DNA from: Calditrichales bacterium
GTDB taxonomy: Bacteria > Calditrichota > Calditrichia > Calditrichales > J004
Reading direction: 5' to 3'
Assembly: GCA_965267575.1 (NCBI GenBank)
Contig: OZ254086.1
Span: 1,664,141-1,728,140 of the forward strand
Length of the DNA: 64,000 nucleotides
Every line of letters begins with the position of its first letter. Within the stretch, counting starts at the first letter, position 1. The position numbers were made by a program, and so were the translations under genes. The notes beneath the pieces were generated by a model, which saw nothing but the letters and a program-made list of their open reading frames with translations, had not been told where the DNA came from and did not search any database. Of the stretch, positions 1 to 10,369 are shown piece by piece.

Positions 1-320
1 TCGTGGCAAATGCCGGATGCGTTTTCGATTGCCGGCAGCAGCCTGATTTTGTTTTCCGGGTTCTCGCCAAACCCCGCGACAACCTCGTTGTAGTTTTCAG
101 CCAGCAGCAGTAAACGATCACTTTGTGCCAGTGCAAATCCGTGAATAACCGGATCATGCGGTGTAAAAAACGCACAGACCTGGTGTGACACGTTTCCTGC
201 CTTCAGGTGGGGCAGGGCGCAGCCAATATCTTCACCGTTTTCAAAAGAGGCTCCGGTTTTCTCAAGCAGGTAAACGGTCAGGTCGCAGTGCAGATCAAAA
301 ACGGGGTACGATTGCTTCAT
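1..320 (-). CDS. membrane dipeptidase (peptidase M19-like), N-terminal part; the 3' end lies outside the window
   Basis: Not in the ORF track because it runs off the window. My reverse-strand translation from ATG 320-318 gives MKQSYPVFDLHCDLTVYLLEKTGASFENGEDIGCALPHLKAGNVSHQVCAFFTPHD... The N-terminal DLHCD motif resembles bacterial M19 dipeptidases. Confidence 0.5.
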   Translation of the reverse strand, partial: MKQSYPVFDLHCDLTVYLLEKTGASFENGEDIGCALPHLKAGNVSHQVCAFFTPHDPVIHGFALAQSDRLLLLAENYNEVVAGFGENPENKIRLLPAIENASGICH

Positions 321-430
321 AATTCCTCACAAATTTTGATGCCCGTTAAATAAATAACGGCGTAACTTCGTTTAAATATTTATATCTAATATATCTTAAT
401 CGCCTGAATAAAACACACAGGAGGAAAGCG

Positions 431-946
431 ATGAAAAACAAAGAGTTAAATGTTATTGGACTGCCTAATGAATATACCGACAAAGTTTCGGTATTGATGA
501 ACAATCTGCTGGCGGATTATACCATGTACTATCACAATTTGCGTGGTTTTCACTGGAACATTCGCGGGCATCATTTTTTCTCTTTACATGAGAAATTCGA
601 AGAGCTCTACCTGGATGCGGCCGAGGCCATTGATGAAATCGCCGAGCGCATTCTGACACTGGGCAAAACGCCCCTGCATACGTTGACCGACTACATGGAA
701 CATGCCGAGATCAATAGCGAGAAAAACGTTTCCCGCGAAGAGGATGCCGTGGAAGCGATTACCAGAAACCTGAGCATTCTGCTGATGAACGAGCGCAAAG
801 TGCTTAAAACGGCCAACGAATTTGAAGATGAAGGTACGGCCGATATGATGACGGCGCTGATCAATAAGAAAGAAAAAGTACACTGGATGATGCGCGCCTG
901 GTTGCAGGACGACAAAGTCGCCAAAAAAGAATTCGTTCAAGCCTGA
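431..946 (+). CDS. dps: Dps-family ferritin-like DNA-protection protein
   Basis: 171 aa. The sequence LLADYTMYYHNLRGFHWNIRGHHFFSLHEKFEELY...AIDEIAERI is a typical Dps ferroxidase-site region. AGGAGG Shine-Dalgarno lies 7 nt upstream. Confidence 0.9.
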   Translation: MKNKELNVIGLPNEYTDKVSVLMNNLLADYTMYYHNLRGFHWNIRGHHFFSLHEKFEELYLDAAEAIDEIAERILTLGKTPLHTLTDYMEHAEINSEKNVSREEDAVEAITRNLSILLMNERKVLKTANEFEDEGTADMMTALINKKEKVHWMMRAWLQDDKVAKKEFVQA

Positions 947-1033
947 AACTGATCGATCAAAAATAAATCCTTCAAACCCCTGGAAAATAGCCCGAATATG
1001 AGCTTACCCTTCAGGGGTGAAGGGACGTGGATA

Positions 1034-1063
1034 AAGGGCCCGGTTTTTTGCCGGGCCTTTTTA
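1034..1063. terminator. rho-independent terminator between convergent dps and the BNR gene
   Basis: GGCCCGG (1037-1043) pairs with CCGGGCC (1051-1057). A T-run follows at 1058-1062 and an A-run precedes at 1033-1035. Confidence 0.6.
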
Positions 1064-1065
1064 TT

Positions 1066-4000
1066 TTAATCCAGTTTAATGGCCGGGATCGCCTGCTCCG
1101 CGACAACAGCATTAAAAGCCGGCACATCTTCCTTAACGATAGTTCTAAACTGATTCAAAAGCGGGTCAATCTGCGCGAAAAGAGAATCACGCACGGCATA
1201 GGCCTGATCTGTAGGCGGGAAATCCCCGGCGGCCGTCATAACGCCGACCGTACTCAACTTGTTATTAAGGCGTATCGGAAAATTTAACGGGTCCTGCGGA
1301 CTTTGATTTTTGGTTTGATAAAGTGCCTTCTCAATCACTTCTGTTTTTTCCAAAAGCGCTTTGGCCTTTTCCGCGATTGTTTCATGCCCTGCATCATCAT
1401 TTTCCAGCTTTTCCCTGAGCGTGTTGACCTGGGCACGCAGCTGACGTATCTCCTTTATCGCGCTATGTATCTCGGTCAGCTTGTCGCGCACGCTGATCAG
1501 GAAATCGAACTTTTTCTGCCGTCCTTGCTGAGAAACACCGCTGCGGGGATCCGGCAGAATGGTGAACGCCACTTCACTGGAATCGCGGCCATTAACGAGG
1601 CGCGCGCGGTAGAGGCCTGTTACAGCTCTTGGGCCGCGCGTAGAGCCGAACCACATCACCAAACCCTCAAAATCTTCCGCATCGGGATAGCGCGTATCCC
1701 AGGCGAAGCGGTTCATGCCTTTTTCTGCGGGCATGCCGTTTTCCTTGTTACCCGGCTTAAATACTTTAATCACATCACCATCTTCTTCGAGGATCTTTAA
1801 TGACAAGGCGGAACTATCCACTTTTCCGTTCAGCACATAATGTATCAATACACCTTCGGGTGGATTCTTACCTTCGTCATCGCTGCCACCGCCGGCGCCG
1901 ATACGGTACGTATCGCGGGGCTTAAACAACACGGAGCTTTGATGGGCCATGGCGCTTCGCATTTGGTGCAGCGGTGTCAGGTCATCCAGCACCCAGAAAG
2001 AGCGGCCTTGTGTGGCCACGATCAGATCATTTTGTTTAATCGCTAAATCGGTGATTGGCACGACAGGCAGGTTTTGCTGTGAAGGCTTCCAGCTTGCGCC
2101 GTCATCAAAGGAGATATAAAGGCCGTTCTCTGTTCCCGCATAGAGCAGTCCCTGCCGGCCGGAGTCGGCGCGGATAACACGGGTAAAGTGCAGCGGATCG
2201 ATGCCGTCGGTTATCTTTGTCCAGCTTTTGCCATAGTCTTTTGTTTTGTAGAGATAGGGCCGGAAGTCGTCGGATTTGTACATGGTGGCGGCTACATACA
2301 GTCCGCCGGGGTTAAACGGATCGGCCTCGATGCTGTTGATCTGAATCCACTCCGGCATGATGCGTTTGGGCGGCGTAACGTTTTGCCAGTTTTTCCCGCC
2401 GTCACGGCTGATGTGTATCAGGCCGTCATCGGATCCGGCCCATAAAACGCCTGCTTCATGCGGACTTTCCAGGGCGGCAAATATGGTGCAATAATACTCT
2501 ACGCTGGTATTATCCTTGGTGATCGGTCCGCCGGACGGACCCAGTTTTGTGCTGTCATTGCGCGTCAGGTCAGGGCTGATTGGTTCCCAGCTTTGCCCCT
2601 CATTGCTGGTTTTGAACAACACGTTGCCGGCCGCATACAGCGTATTCGGATCATGCGGGGAAAAGAAAATCGGGAAGTTCCACTGAAAGCGGTAGCGCAG
2701 GTCTTTTGCGCCGTGGCCCATGGGATTGTCCGGCCAGATATCCACCAGCCGTTGCTGCTTGCTGCGGTGATCGTAGCGTTCCAGAAAGCCGCCGTATGAG
2801 CCGCCGTATACAATTTCCGGGTCATCCGGTTTAGGGGCGATGTGGCCGCTCTCACCGCCGGCCGTGGGTTCCCAGTCGCCTTCATCGATGCCATAGCCGT
2901 CGGAGCGGTGCAGGATGCGTACGGTGGAGTTATCCTGCTGTGCCCCGTAAATGCGATAGGGGAAATGGTTGTCCGTGGTGACACGGTAAAACTGTGCCGT
3001 CGGTTGATTGTGGTAGGTGCTCCAGCTTTCGCCGCCGTTAAAGGTCACCTGGGCGCCGCCGTCATCAGCAATAACCATGCGCCGGTTGTCGTTGGGGTCA
3101 ATCCACAAATCGTGGTGATCGCCATGCGGGGTACGGATGCGTTCGTAGCTTTTGCCGCCGTCGTTTGAGCGCCAGAAGCCGACGTTGAGTACGTAGACAC
3201 GGTCTTCATTCTGCGTATCGGCATAGATGCGTGTGTAGTACCATGCGCGCTGGCGCAGATTGCGTTCGTCGTTTACTTTGCTCCACGTTTCCCCACCGTC
3301 TTCACTGCGAAATACGCCGCCGTCCTGATTTTCAATTATGGCCCATACGCGCTGCGGATTTACCGGTGAAACGGCAACCCCGATAATACCCAGTGTGCCG
3401 GAGGGCAATCCTTTATTGCGCGAAATATTGGTCCAGGTATCGCCACCATCGACGGATTTCCAAAGGCCCGAGCCTTCACCGCCGCTTTCCAGACTGTAGG
3501 GCGTGCGCTTTACACGCCAGAACGTCGCATAGAGAATCCGTGGATTGGAAGGGTCCATGATAAGATCCACCGCGCCGGCATTTTCGTTTACAAAGAGAAT
3601 ATTTTCCCAGGTTTTCCCGCCATCCGTGCTGCGGAAAACGCCGCGCTGTTTGTTAGGCCCGAACAGGTGACCCAACGCAGCCACATACACGATTTCCGGG
3701 TTGCGCGGATGAATACGAATACGCGGGATATGGCGCGTATCTTCCAGGCCCATATGCGTCCAGGTCTTGCCGGCATCCACCGATTTCCAGATGCCGTCGC
3801 CATGCGACACATTACCGCGGACTGTCTTTTCGCCACCACCGACATAGATAACATTGTTATCCCAATCACTCACGGTAACGGCGCCGATTGAGCCGCCGAA
3901 GAAGCCGTCGGAAATGTTGTACCAACCCTGGCCGCCGTTTTCGCTTTTCCAGACGCCGCCGCCCGTGCCGCCGAAGTAGAAAGTCATGGGCTGCTGCGGT

Positions 4001-4158
4001 ACACCGCATACGGCTGCCGAACGTCCTCCGCGGAAGGGACCTATCTCGCGGAACTGCAACGCATTGTATAATGAGTCCGGAAAGCCGGCACTGCTTTGCC
4101 CATGGGTGAAGGCAATCATAATAAAAAGAAGAAAAAACAGACGCATATTTATTAACAT
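1066..4158 (-). CDS. secreted BNR/Asp-box repeat protein (sortilin/VPS10-like beta-propeller)
   Basis: 1030 aa with an N-terminal signal peptide. Asp-box motifs recur (WKSENGGQGW, WKSVDAGKTW, FRSTDGGKTW, WKSVDGGDTW, FRSEDGGETW, SNDGGKSY, ISRDGGKNW, TKDYGKSW, SFDDGASW). Confidence 0.75.
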   Translation of the reverse strand: MLINMRLFFLLFIMIAFTHGQSSAGFPDSLYNALQFREIGPFRGGRSAAVCGVPQQPMTFYFGGTGGGVWKSENGGQGWYNISDGFFGGSIGAVTVSDWDNNVIYVGGGEKTVRGNVSHGDGIWKSVDAGKTWTHMGLEDTRHIPRIRIHPRNPEIVYVAALGHLFGPNKQRGVFRSTDGGKTWENILFVNENAGAVDLIMDPSNPRILYATFWRVKRTPYSLESGGEGSGLWKSVDGGDTWTNISRNKGLPSGTLGIIGVAVSPVNPQRVWAIIENQDGGVFRSEDGGETWSKVNDERNLRQRAWYYTRIYADTQNEDRVYVLNVGFWRSNDGGKSYERIRTPHGDHHDLWIDPNDNRRMVIADDGGAQVTFNGGESWSTYHNQPTAQFYRVTTDNHFPYRIYGAQQDNSTVRILHRSDGYGIDEGDWEPTAGGESGHIAPKPDDPEIVYGGSYGGFLERYDHRSKQQRLVDIWPDNPMGHGAKDLRYRFQWNFPIFFSPHDPNTLYAAGNVLFKTSNEGQSWEPISPDLTRNDSTKLGPSGGPITKDNTSVEYYCTIFAALESPHEAGVLWAGSDDGLIHISRDGGKNWQNVTPPKRIMPEWIQINSIEADPFNPGGLYVAATMYKSDDFRPYLYKTKDYGKSWTKITDGIDPLHFTRVIRADSGRQGLLYAGTENGLYISFDDGASWKPSQQNLPVVPITDLAIKQNDLIVATQGRSFWVLDDLTPLHQMRSAMAHQSSVLFKPRDTYRIGAGGGSDDEGKNPPEGVLIHYVLNGKVDSSALSLKILEEDGDVIKVFKPGNKENGMPAEKGMNRFAWDTRYPDAEDFEGLVMWFGSTRGPRAVTGLYRARLVNGRDSSEVAFTILPDPRSGVSQQGRQKKFDFLISVRDKLTEIHSAIKEIRQLRAQVNTLREKLENDDAGHETIAEKAKALLEKTEVIEKALYQTKNQSPQDPLNFPIRLNNKLSTVGVMTAAGDFPPTDQAYAVRDSLFAQIDPLLNQFRTIVKEDVPAFNAVVAEQAIPAIKLD

Positions 4159-4339
4159 GGGGGTACCCTCGTGAAATTGAAAAGCTTAAGTTAATGATAA
4201 TTACGCAAGCTTTTTTTAAAGGGCAAGTTTTATTGTGAAACCGATGCTGCTTTTTGAGTGATGTGCTTAATCTTTTTGCACATCAAACCGAGTACTTGCC
4301 CTGATAAAAATCCAACTTACTATCTTTCAAGACCGGAAC

Positions 4340-5917
4340 ATGTCAACAGCACTTTACAGCGTGCCACGGCACATCATGATCATAGACGATGATTTCGATT
4401 TTGCCGAAAGCCTTTCGGATATTCTTACGGACAACGGCTACGAAACCTGCATTGCCCAAAACGTGCAGGAAGTTAAGGAGCGCAGTCCCGAATTTGATCC
4501 GCGGGTAGCGCTGATCGATGTGCGTTTTGGCGACATCAGCGGTTTGGAACTGATCGAGTATTTCAGGGAGAGCAGACCCGCTACGCTCTGTGTGATGATT
4601 ACGGCCTACGCGATAGTGGATTCCGCCGTGGAAGCCCTGAAAAGGGGCGCTTACGATTACCTGCGTAAACCGGTTAGCCCGGAAGACTTGTTGGCTACCA
4701 TCGATCGCTGTTTTCAGAAAATCGATCTTGAAGCAGAGAAGGAGGCGGCGCAGCGCGCCCTGCGCAATACGGAAGAGCAGTTGATCCAATCGCAGAAAAT
4801 GGAAGCCGTGGGCCGGCTGGCCGGTGGTGTTGCCCATGATTTTAATAATATCCTGACAATTATCCTCGGCTTCAGCGATATATTGCTTACCAAAATTGAC
4901 GGGGATCAGGCCGAGTATCTAAACGACATTCAGCAGATCCGCAGCGCTGCACTGCGTGCCAGCTCCCTAACCAAGCAGCTACTGGCCTTCAGCCGCAAGC
5001 ATGTGGTATCACCCGAAATTCTCAATGTGAACAAAATATTAAAAGAGATCGAAAAGATGCTCATGCGTCTTATCGGCGAAAATGTGGAGCTGGAGCTTAA
5101 ACTTGCAAACGGCATCGGGCAGATAAAGATGGACATGTCCTACCTGGAGCAGGCGATATTGAACCTGGTGGTAAATTCGCGCGATGCGATGCCCAAAGGC
5201 GGCAAGATTACAATCAGCACTAAACAGGTGTCCCTGAACGGTAATGAGCCCGGCCTGCTTATGCCGCGGGCAGGTTCGTTTGTTTGTGTCTGCGTGGCCG
5301 ACATCGGCATCGGGATGAGCCAGGACACGTTGCAGTTCATCTTTGAGCCCTTCTTCACCACCAAGGATGTCGGGAAGGGAACGGGATTGGGGCTTTCCAC
5401 GGTTTTCGGCATTATACAGCAGTGCGAGGGAACGCTGGAGGTAGACAGCGAACCCGGAAAGGGCACCAGGTTTTATCTCTATTTCCCGGTACATAAAGGC
5501 GAAGATGGTGAAAAAGCGCAGGTAGTTCCTGAAACGCATGTAGACGGAACAGAGACGATCCTGCTGTTGGAGGATGATACCACCCTGCGCGAGTTGGTGG
5601 CAAGCATTTTAACCCGCCACGGCTATGAAGTACACAGCTACGGCGATCCCCATCTCTGCCTGCGCGAAGTGGCTAAAAGCAAACAGCAGTTTGATCTGAT
5701 CGTCAGCGATATAGTTATGCCCGGATTTAGCGGACCTGAAATAGTAGAAAAGATTTACGGAGACAGGGAATGGCCGGCGGTTATGTACATGTCCGGTTAC
5801 ACCAATGACGCGATTTCAAGTTATGACATTGAAAAAGCCAACGTGGAGTTTATTCAGAAGCCGTTTGCGCTGGCGGAGTTTATGCAGAGGGTCCGTTCTT
5901 TCCTGGACGCACAGTAA
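4340..5917 (+). CDS. hybrid sensor histidine kinase (REC - HisKA - HATPase - REC)
   Basis: 525 aa. N-terminal receiver ([14 protein letters not shown]...[12 protein letters not shown]). H-box [15 protein letters not shown]-boxes DIGIGM and [10 protein letters not shown]-terminal receiver (ILLLEDD...[13 protein letters not shown]...QKPF). Confidence 0.85.
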   Translation: MSTALYSVPRHIMIIDDDFDFAESLSDILTDNGYETCIAQNVQEVKERSPEFDPRVALIDVRFGDISGLELIEYFRESRPATLCVMITAYAIVDSAVEALKRGAYDYLRKPVSPEDLLATIDRCFQKIDLEAEKEAAQRALRNTEEQLIQSQKMEAVGRLAGGVAHDFNNILTIILGFSDILLTKIDGDQAEYLNDIQQIRSAALRASSLTKQLLAFSRKHVVSPEILNVNKILKEIEKMLMRLIGENVELELKLANGIGQIKMDMSYLEQAILNLVVNSRDAMPKGGKITISTKQVSLNGNEPGLLMPRAGSFVCVCVADIGIGMSQDTLQFIFEPFFTTKDVGKGTGLGLSTVFGIIQQCEGTLEVDSEPGKGTRFYLYFPVHKGEDGEKAQVVPETHVDGTETILLLEDDTTLRELVASILTRHGYEVHSYGDPHLCLREVAKSKQQFDLIVSDIVMPGFSGPEIVEKIYGDREWPAVMYMSGYTNDAISSYDIEKANVEFIQKPFALAEFMQRVRSFLDAQ

Positions 5918-5944
5918 GTTAACACTATCTATTGCCGGAGTTGT

Positions 5945-8900
5945 ATGGCGAGCAAAATATCTGGACACATTTTACCTCTTTCCGATTTTGACAGGGAATT
6001 TATCAGAGAAGCTTTTAACGCTGCTGAACTTGGCATATGGAAATGGGATATCAGTACCGATAAAGTTACCTGGTCTGAGAATGTACTGTCTATATTTGGG
6101 ATCAGTGAGGAGCAGTTTGATTTTACCTATCGCGGGTTCTTAAGCTTCGTCCCCGAAGCAGACCGCGAATATGTCCGGAATACGATCGATTCCTGCCTCA
6201 AAAACCTTTCCGACGGCTACTACATGGAACATCGCATCGTGCGCGCAGGCAACAGCATAAGATGGCTGGAAACCTACGGTAAATTACAGCTTGACGAAGA
6301 GGGACGGCCCATGACCCTGCTGGGGACCGTTTGCGACGTTACGGCGCGCAAAGCTGCGCAGGAAGAGCTGGCCGCCAGCGAAAACCGGCTGCGCACGCTG
6401 ATTGATGCCGGGAGTGACGCCATAGCCTGCTATGAGATAAAGCCGCCATTTGATCCGCAACAGCCGCCGCGCAGACAAAAAAGCACCCTGGCCGGCGCCG
6501 TGTTGTCAGAATTTAATGATCGCTTTTCTGCTTTGCTGGGCATAGACCGGGCACGGCTTTATGGCAGCCGGCTGGAAAAGCTGGTGCCCCTGTTCAAGGA
6601 TATGCACGAAGATTTTATCGGGCGCCTTGTGGAAAAGAAATATGCGCTGACGGAGCGTGAAATATATATCGCCGGAAAGAAAAAGAGCGGTTACTTTAAT
6701 GTCACCTTTGCACCCGTTTTTTCCGGGACGAAACTGCAGCGCCTGTGGATAAGCTTTCACGACACAGGGGAGCAGCACAAAATATTAAGCCGGCTGCGTG
6801 CCAAGGATGAGCTGCTGCGGCACGTTATCAGTGATGTGGACAGCGGCGTCCTGTTGCTTTCGGCGAACGCGCGGTTTATCCAATATAACGACAAGGCGCT
6901 GGAGTTGTTGGGACTCTCCCGCCAAGCGATCGCCGGGCGCAGCTATGAAGAACTGCATCCCACCCTGCGCGATGATCAGGACCATGACCTGCCGCTCTCC
7001 TGGCATGCGCCGACTAAAGCGCTCAAGACCGGAAAAGATACACGGCAGACGGTTGCCGTTATCAGTGAAGAAGAACCGCGTTGGCTGATCATCAGCGCCA
7101 AACCATGGAAGGATGCTTCGGGCAGCATCGAGCACGTGGTCTGCACGCTTACCGATATTACGGCGCTCAAAAAAACCGAGCTGGCACTTAAGGAATCGGA
7201 GCACCTGTTTTCTCAGGCCTTTATGTCCAGTCCGGATGGCATTAGCATCACTTCATTTCCGGAAGGCATTTTCTACAAAGTAAACGACAGCTTTTTGCGC
7301 ATAACGGGCTATAGCAGGGAAGAGCTGATCGGGAAAACGACACGCGAGGTAAATATCTGGTCTGATCCGGAGCGGCGCAGCGAAATGGTGGAAAAGCTGC
7401 AACGGGATGGTCATCTACACAACTTCAGGGCTTTTCTGAATACGCGGCAACAGGGCCAGGTGATGTGCGAACTTTCTATTGAAACGATCAGGCTCTCGGG
7501 CAAGCCTTATTTACTGGCCACCATCAAAGACATCACCGACCGCTATCTGGCTCAGCTTCGGCTGGAAGAGCAGCGCAATTTTAACCAGGCCATTCTCGAT
7601 ACGGCCGGGGTGCTGATTGTTGTTCTGGACCATGAAGGCCGCGTGGTTCGCTTTAACAAATACTGCCATACGATAACCGGTTTTTCCACTGAGGAGCTGC
7701 GCGGCAAAAAGTTCTGGGAGTATTTGATCCCGGAAAAAGACAGAGCAGCCATGCGCGATTCTTTCAGCCGGCTCGTTACGCAAAAACTGACATCCCATGA
7801 TACAAACGTGTGGCTGGATGCACAGGGAGCCGCGCACCATATTGCCTGGTCCAACAGCTGTATTATGGATGATGACAATCAGGTGAAATATGTGGTCAGC
7901 ATAGGGCGCGATATTTCCGATTTGATGCGCAATGCCCATGAGCAGAAGCTGATGGCGCAAATGGTGGAAGAGCTGAACAGCGCCACGGATCTGAACACAA
8001 TGGCGCGCATTATGTCCGCCAAATGCGCGGCGCTGTTCGGGTATGACGCTTTCAGTTTTGAAGTGTTTGATGAGGAACGGCGCGTGCGCTACCCCATTTT
8101 GACTTTGGATACCATGGAAGGTGAAAGCAAGCCGCGCATTGTGCCTAATGAAATCGAACTGAGCCTGCCAAAAACGCTGGAGCAGGTTTTCCGAGGCAAA
8201 GGAAAACTGGTTAACCGCAAAGCGAGTGAAGATTTAAAAAAGGCTGACTTGAATCCCTTTGGCAGCGGCCGACGCTCGCTTTCCCTGCTGTTTGCGTCGG
8301 TGCGTGATAAAGCCGATTGCCTGGGTATCCTGAGTGTGCAAAGCTACAGGGAAAATCGTTATGGTAACCGTGAACTGAATCTTCTGCAAATGATAGCCGA
8401 CCACTCCAGTACAGCCATGCGCAGGATTATTGCGCAGGAAGAACTGGAGAAAAGCCAGGAGCATTACCGCCGGCTTTCCGAGGCGACCAGCGAAGGTATC
8501 ATGTTTCACAGAAACGGTAAAATTGTAGACGCCAACAGCGCGTTGTGCCAGATGAGCGGCTTCGACCTGGAAGAGCTTATCGGAAGCAGTGCCTTTATGC
8601 TGGTGGCCAAAAAAGACCGTCCCTTTGTTTCGCAATACATTGCTGAAAACCGAGAAGGCACAATTGAAGTAACGGGCATTCATAAAAGCGGAAGAAAGAT
8701 TCCCCTGGAAATAAACGGTCGCAATACACATAAAGGCGAAAGTGGAATGCGCATTGTGGCCGTCCGCGACATTTCAGAGCGCAAGAAAGCTGAGGAGGAT
8801 CTGCGCCTGAGCGAACAAAAGTTCCGCGTAATTTTTAACCAGGCTTTTCAATATATCGGATTGCTTAGTGCAGAAGGCAGCATTATTTCGATGAACGAAA

Positions 8901-10369
8901 CGGTATTTGCGCAATCCGGTCTGGGCGCCGGAGAGATGGATGGAAAGCCTCTCTGGGAGCTTTCCTGGTGGCGCGATAAGGCTGCTGCGGGTAAAAAACT
9001 GCGTCAGGCCATAAAAGCACTCGGCGATAAGGAAAACCTGCAGCGATTTGACCTGGAAGCTGTCTCCGCCGCGGGCACGCCGCAGATAGTTGACATTTCG
9101 CTGAAGCGGGTAACGGCAGCGCCGGGACAGATCAGGTATGTTATTTTTGAGGGCCGCGATATTACCGACATCCGCAAAGCGGAAGAGAGCCTGCGCAAAC
9201 AGTCGCGAATTCTGCGCCAAACCGGCTCTCTGGCGCTGGTTGGCGGCTGGGAGGTGGATCTTCAAACCCAGGCGTTTTTCTGGACCCAGCAGACGTATGA
9301 AATTCATGATGTTGATGAGACATTCGCTCCCACATTTAAAAGCCTGAAGCCGTTTTATAAAGCCCTCAATATGGGCGCGATCGACGAAATCGTGGATGAT
9401 CTGCAACAGTTGAGCGGCTCTTTCAATTTCAGTATTCCCATGACCACGGCGAAAGGCACCAAAAAATGGGTCCGCGTGATCGGTGACCTGGAGCGCCAAA
9501 ATAACCGCGCGGTAAAAGCCTTTGGCGCAATCCAGGATATTACGCAGCAGAAAGAATATGAAGAGGAATTAACGGCCTATCGCTATAACCTGGAACGTCT
9601 CGTCGAAGAGCGTACCGGCGAGTTGAAAAAGACGCAGGAGGCGCTGATAAGCAGTGAAAAAATGGCTACACTGGGTCGCCTGACCGGCGTTGTAAGCCAT
9701 GAACTGCGCAACCCCCTGGGGACGATCCGCAGCTCGCTTTACACGATCCGTGAAAAGGCACGCAAGTCCAACGTCGATATCGAAAGACCGCTCAGCCGTG
9801 CCGAAAGAAATATCGTGCGCTGCGATCTCATTATAGAGGAGCTATTGGAATATACACGGGCCCGTGAACTGACGACAGAACGGGCGGATCTTTCCGAATG
9901 GCTGCAGTCTTTTCTGGATGAACACGCTGTGCCCGATGATATTATTTTGAACCGAAGCATCAGTGAAGGCGTCATTGTGGAATTTGACAAGGAGCGACTG
10001 CGCCGCTGTATGATAAACCTGATCGACAATGCCTGCCAGGCCATTCTTGGCGCCAGAAACGCCGGGACAAAAGATGCCCGCGTTTTGGTTGTTTTAAGGA
10101 CCACCAGGAACCACGCGGTTATCGAGGTAACCGACAACGGGCCGGGGCTAGGTGACATGGAGCCGGAAAAGCTGTTTGAACCGTTGTTCAGTACCAAAAG
10201 CTTCGGCGCCGGCCTGGGCCTGCCCATAGTCCGGCAGATCATTCAGCAGCACGGTGGCGAAATGACAATCGCTAACGTAACTAAGGATGAGGGAGCAAAA
10301 GCGGTGATGAGGCTTCCGTTGTCAAACGGGGATTCAAAACCAAACGGGGAGGGACATGACCAGGGATAA
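5945..10369 (+). CDS. multi-PAS/GAF sensor histidine kinase
   Basis: 1474 aa. PAS-like modules recur (DITARK/DITALK/DITDRY/DISERK/DITDIRKAEE linkers), with a GAF-like segment in the middle. H-box VVSHELRNPLGTI and an HATPase region (DNGPGL...GAGLGLPIV) are present. GGAG Shine-Dalgarno. Confidence 0.85.
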   Translation: MASKISGHILPLSDFDREFIREAFNAAELGIWKWDISTDKVTWSENVLSIFGISEEQFDFTYRGFLSFVPEADREYVRNTIDSCLKNLSDGYYMEHRIVRAGNSIRWLETYGKLQLDEEGRPMTLLGTVCDVTARKAAQEELAASENRLRTLIDAGSDAIACYEIKPPFDPQQPPRRQKSTLAGAVLSEFNDRFSALLGIDRARLYGSRLEKLVPLFKDMHEDFIGRLVEKKYALTEREIYIAGKKKSGYFNVTFAPVFSGTKLQRLWISFHDTGEQHKILSRLRAKDELLRHVISDVDSGVLLLSANARFIQYNDKALELLGLSRQAIAGRSYEELHPTLRDDQDHDLPLSWHAPTKALKTGKDTRQTVAVISEEEPRWLIISAKPWKDASGSIEHVVCTLTDITALKKTELALKESEHLFSQAFMSSPDGISITSFPEGIFYKVNDSFLRITGYSREELIGKTTREVNIWSDPERRSEMVEKLQRDGHLHNFRAFLNTRQQGQVMCELSIETIRLSGKPYLLATIKDITDRYLAQLRLEEQRNFNQAILDTAGVLIVVLDHEGRVVRFNKYCHTITGFSTEELRGKKFWEYLIPEKDRAAMRDSFSRLVTQKLTSHDTNVWLDAQGAAHHIAWSNSCIMDDDNQVKYVVSIGRDISDLMRNAHEQKLMAQMVEELNSATDLNTMARIMSAKCAALFGYDAFSFEVFDEERRVRYPILTLDTMEGESKPRIVPNEIELSLPKTLEQVFRGKGKLVNRKASEDLKKADLNPFGSGRRSLSLLFASVRDKADCLGILSVQSYRENRYGNRELNLLQMIADHSSTAMRRIIAQEELEKSQEHYRRLSEATSEGIMFHRNGKIVDANSALCQMSGFDLEELIGSSAFMLVAKKDRPFVSQYIAENREGTIEVTGIHKSGRKIPLEINGRNTHKGESGMRIVAVRDISERKKAEEDLRLSEQKFRVIFNQAFQYIGLLSAEGSIISMNETVFAQSGLGAGEMDGKPLWELSWWRDKAAAGKKLRQAIKALGDKENLQRFDLEAVSAAGTPQIVDISLKRVTAAPGQIRYVIFEGRDITDIRKAEESLRKQSRILRQTGSLALVGGWEVDLQTQAFFWTQQTYEIHDVDETFAPTFKSLKPFYKALNMGAIDEIVDDLQQLSGSFNFSIPMTTAKGTKKWVRVIGDLERQNNRAVKAFGAIQDITQQKEYEEELTAYRYNLERLVEERTGELKKTQEALISSEKMATLGRLTGVVSHELRNPLGTIRSSLYTIREKARKSNVDIERPLSRAERNIVRCDLIIEELLEYTRARELTTERADLSEWLQSFLDEHAVPDDIILNRSISEGVIVEFDKERLRRCMINLIDNACQAILGARNAGTKDARVLVVLRTTRNHAVIEVTDNGPGLGDMEPEKLFEPLFSTKSFGAGLGLPIVRQIIQQHGGEMTIANVTKDEGAKAVMRLPLSNGDSKPNGEGHDQG

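Noticed and set aside
321-430. AT-rich region with a short inverted repeat (CCGTTA-n6-TAACGG, 343-360) in the divergent dps/dipeptidase promoter region, considered as a possible Fur/PerR/OxyR-type operator.
   Set aside because: The repeat is only 6 bp, and the AT-rich tract does not match any operator consensus I can recall with confidence. I noted it but did not call it.
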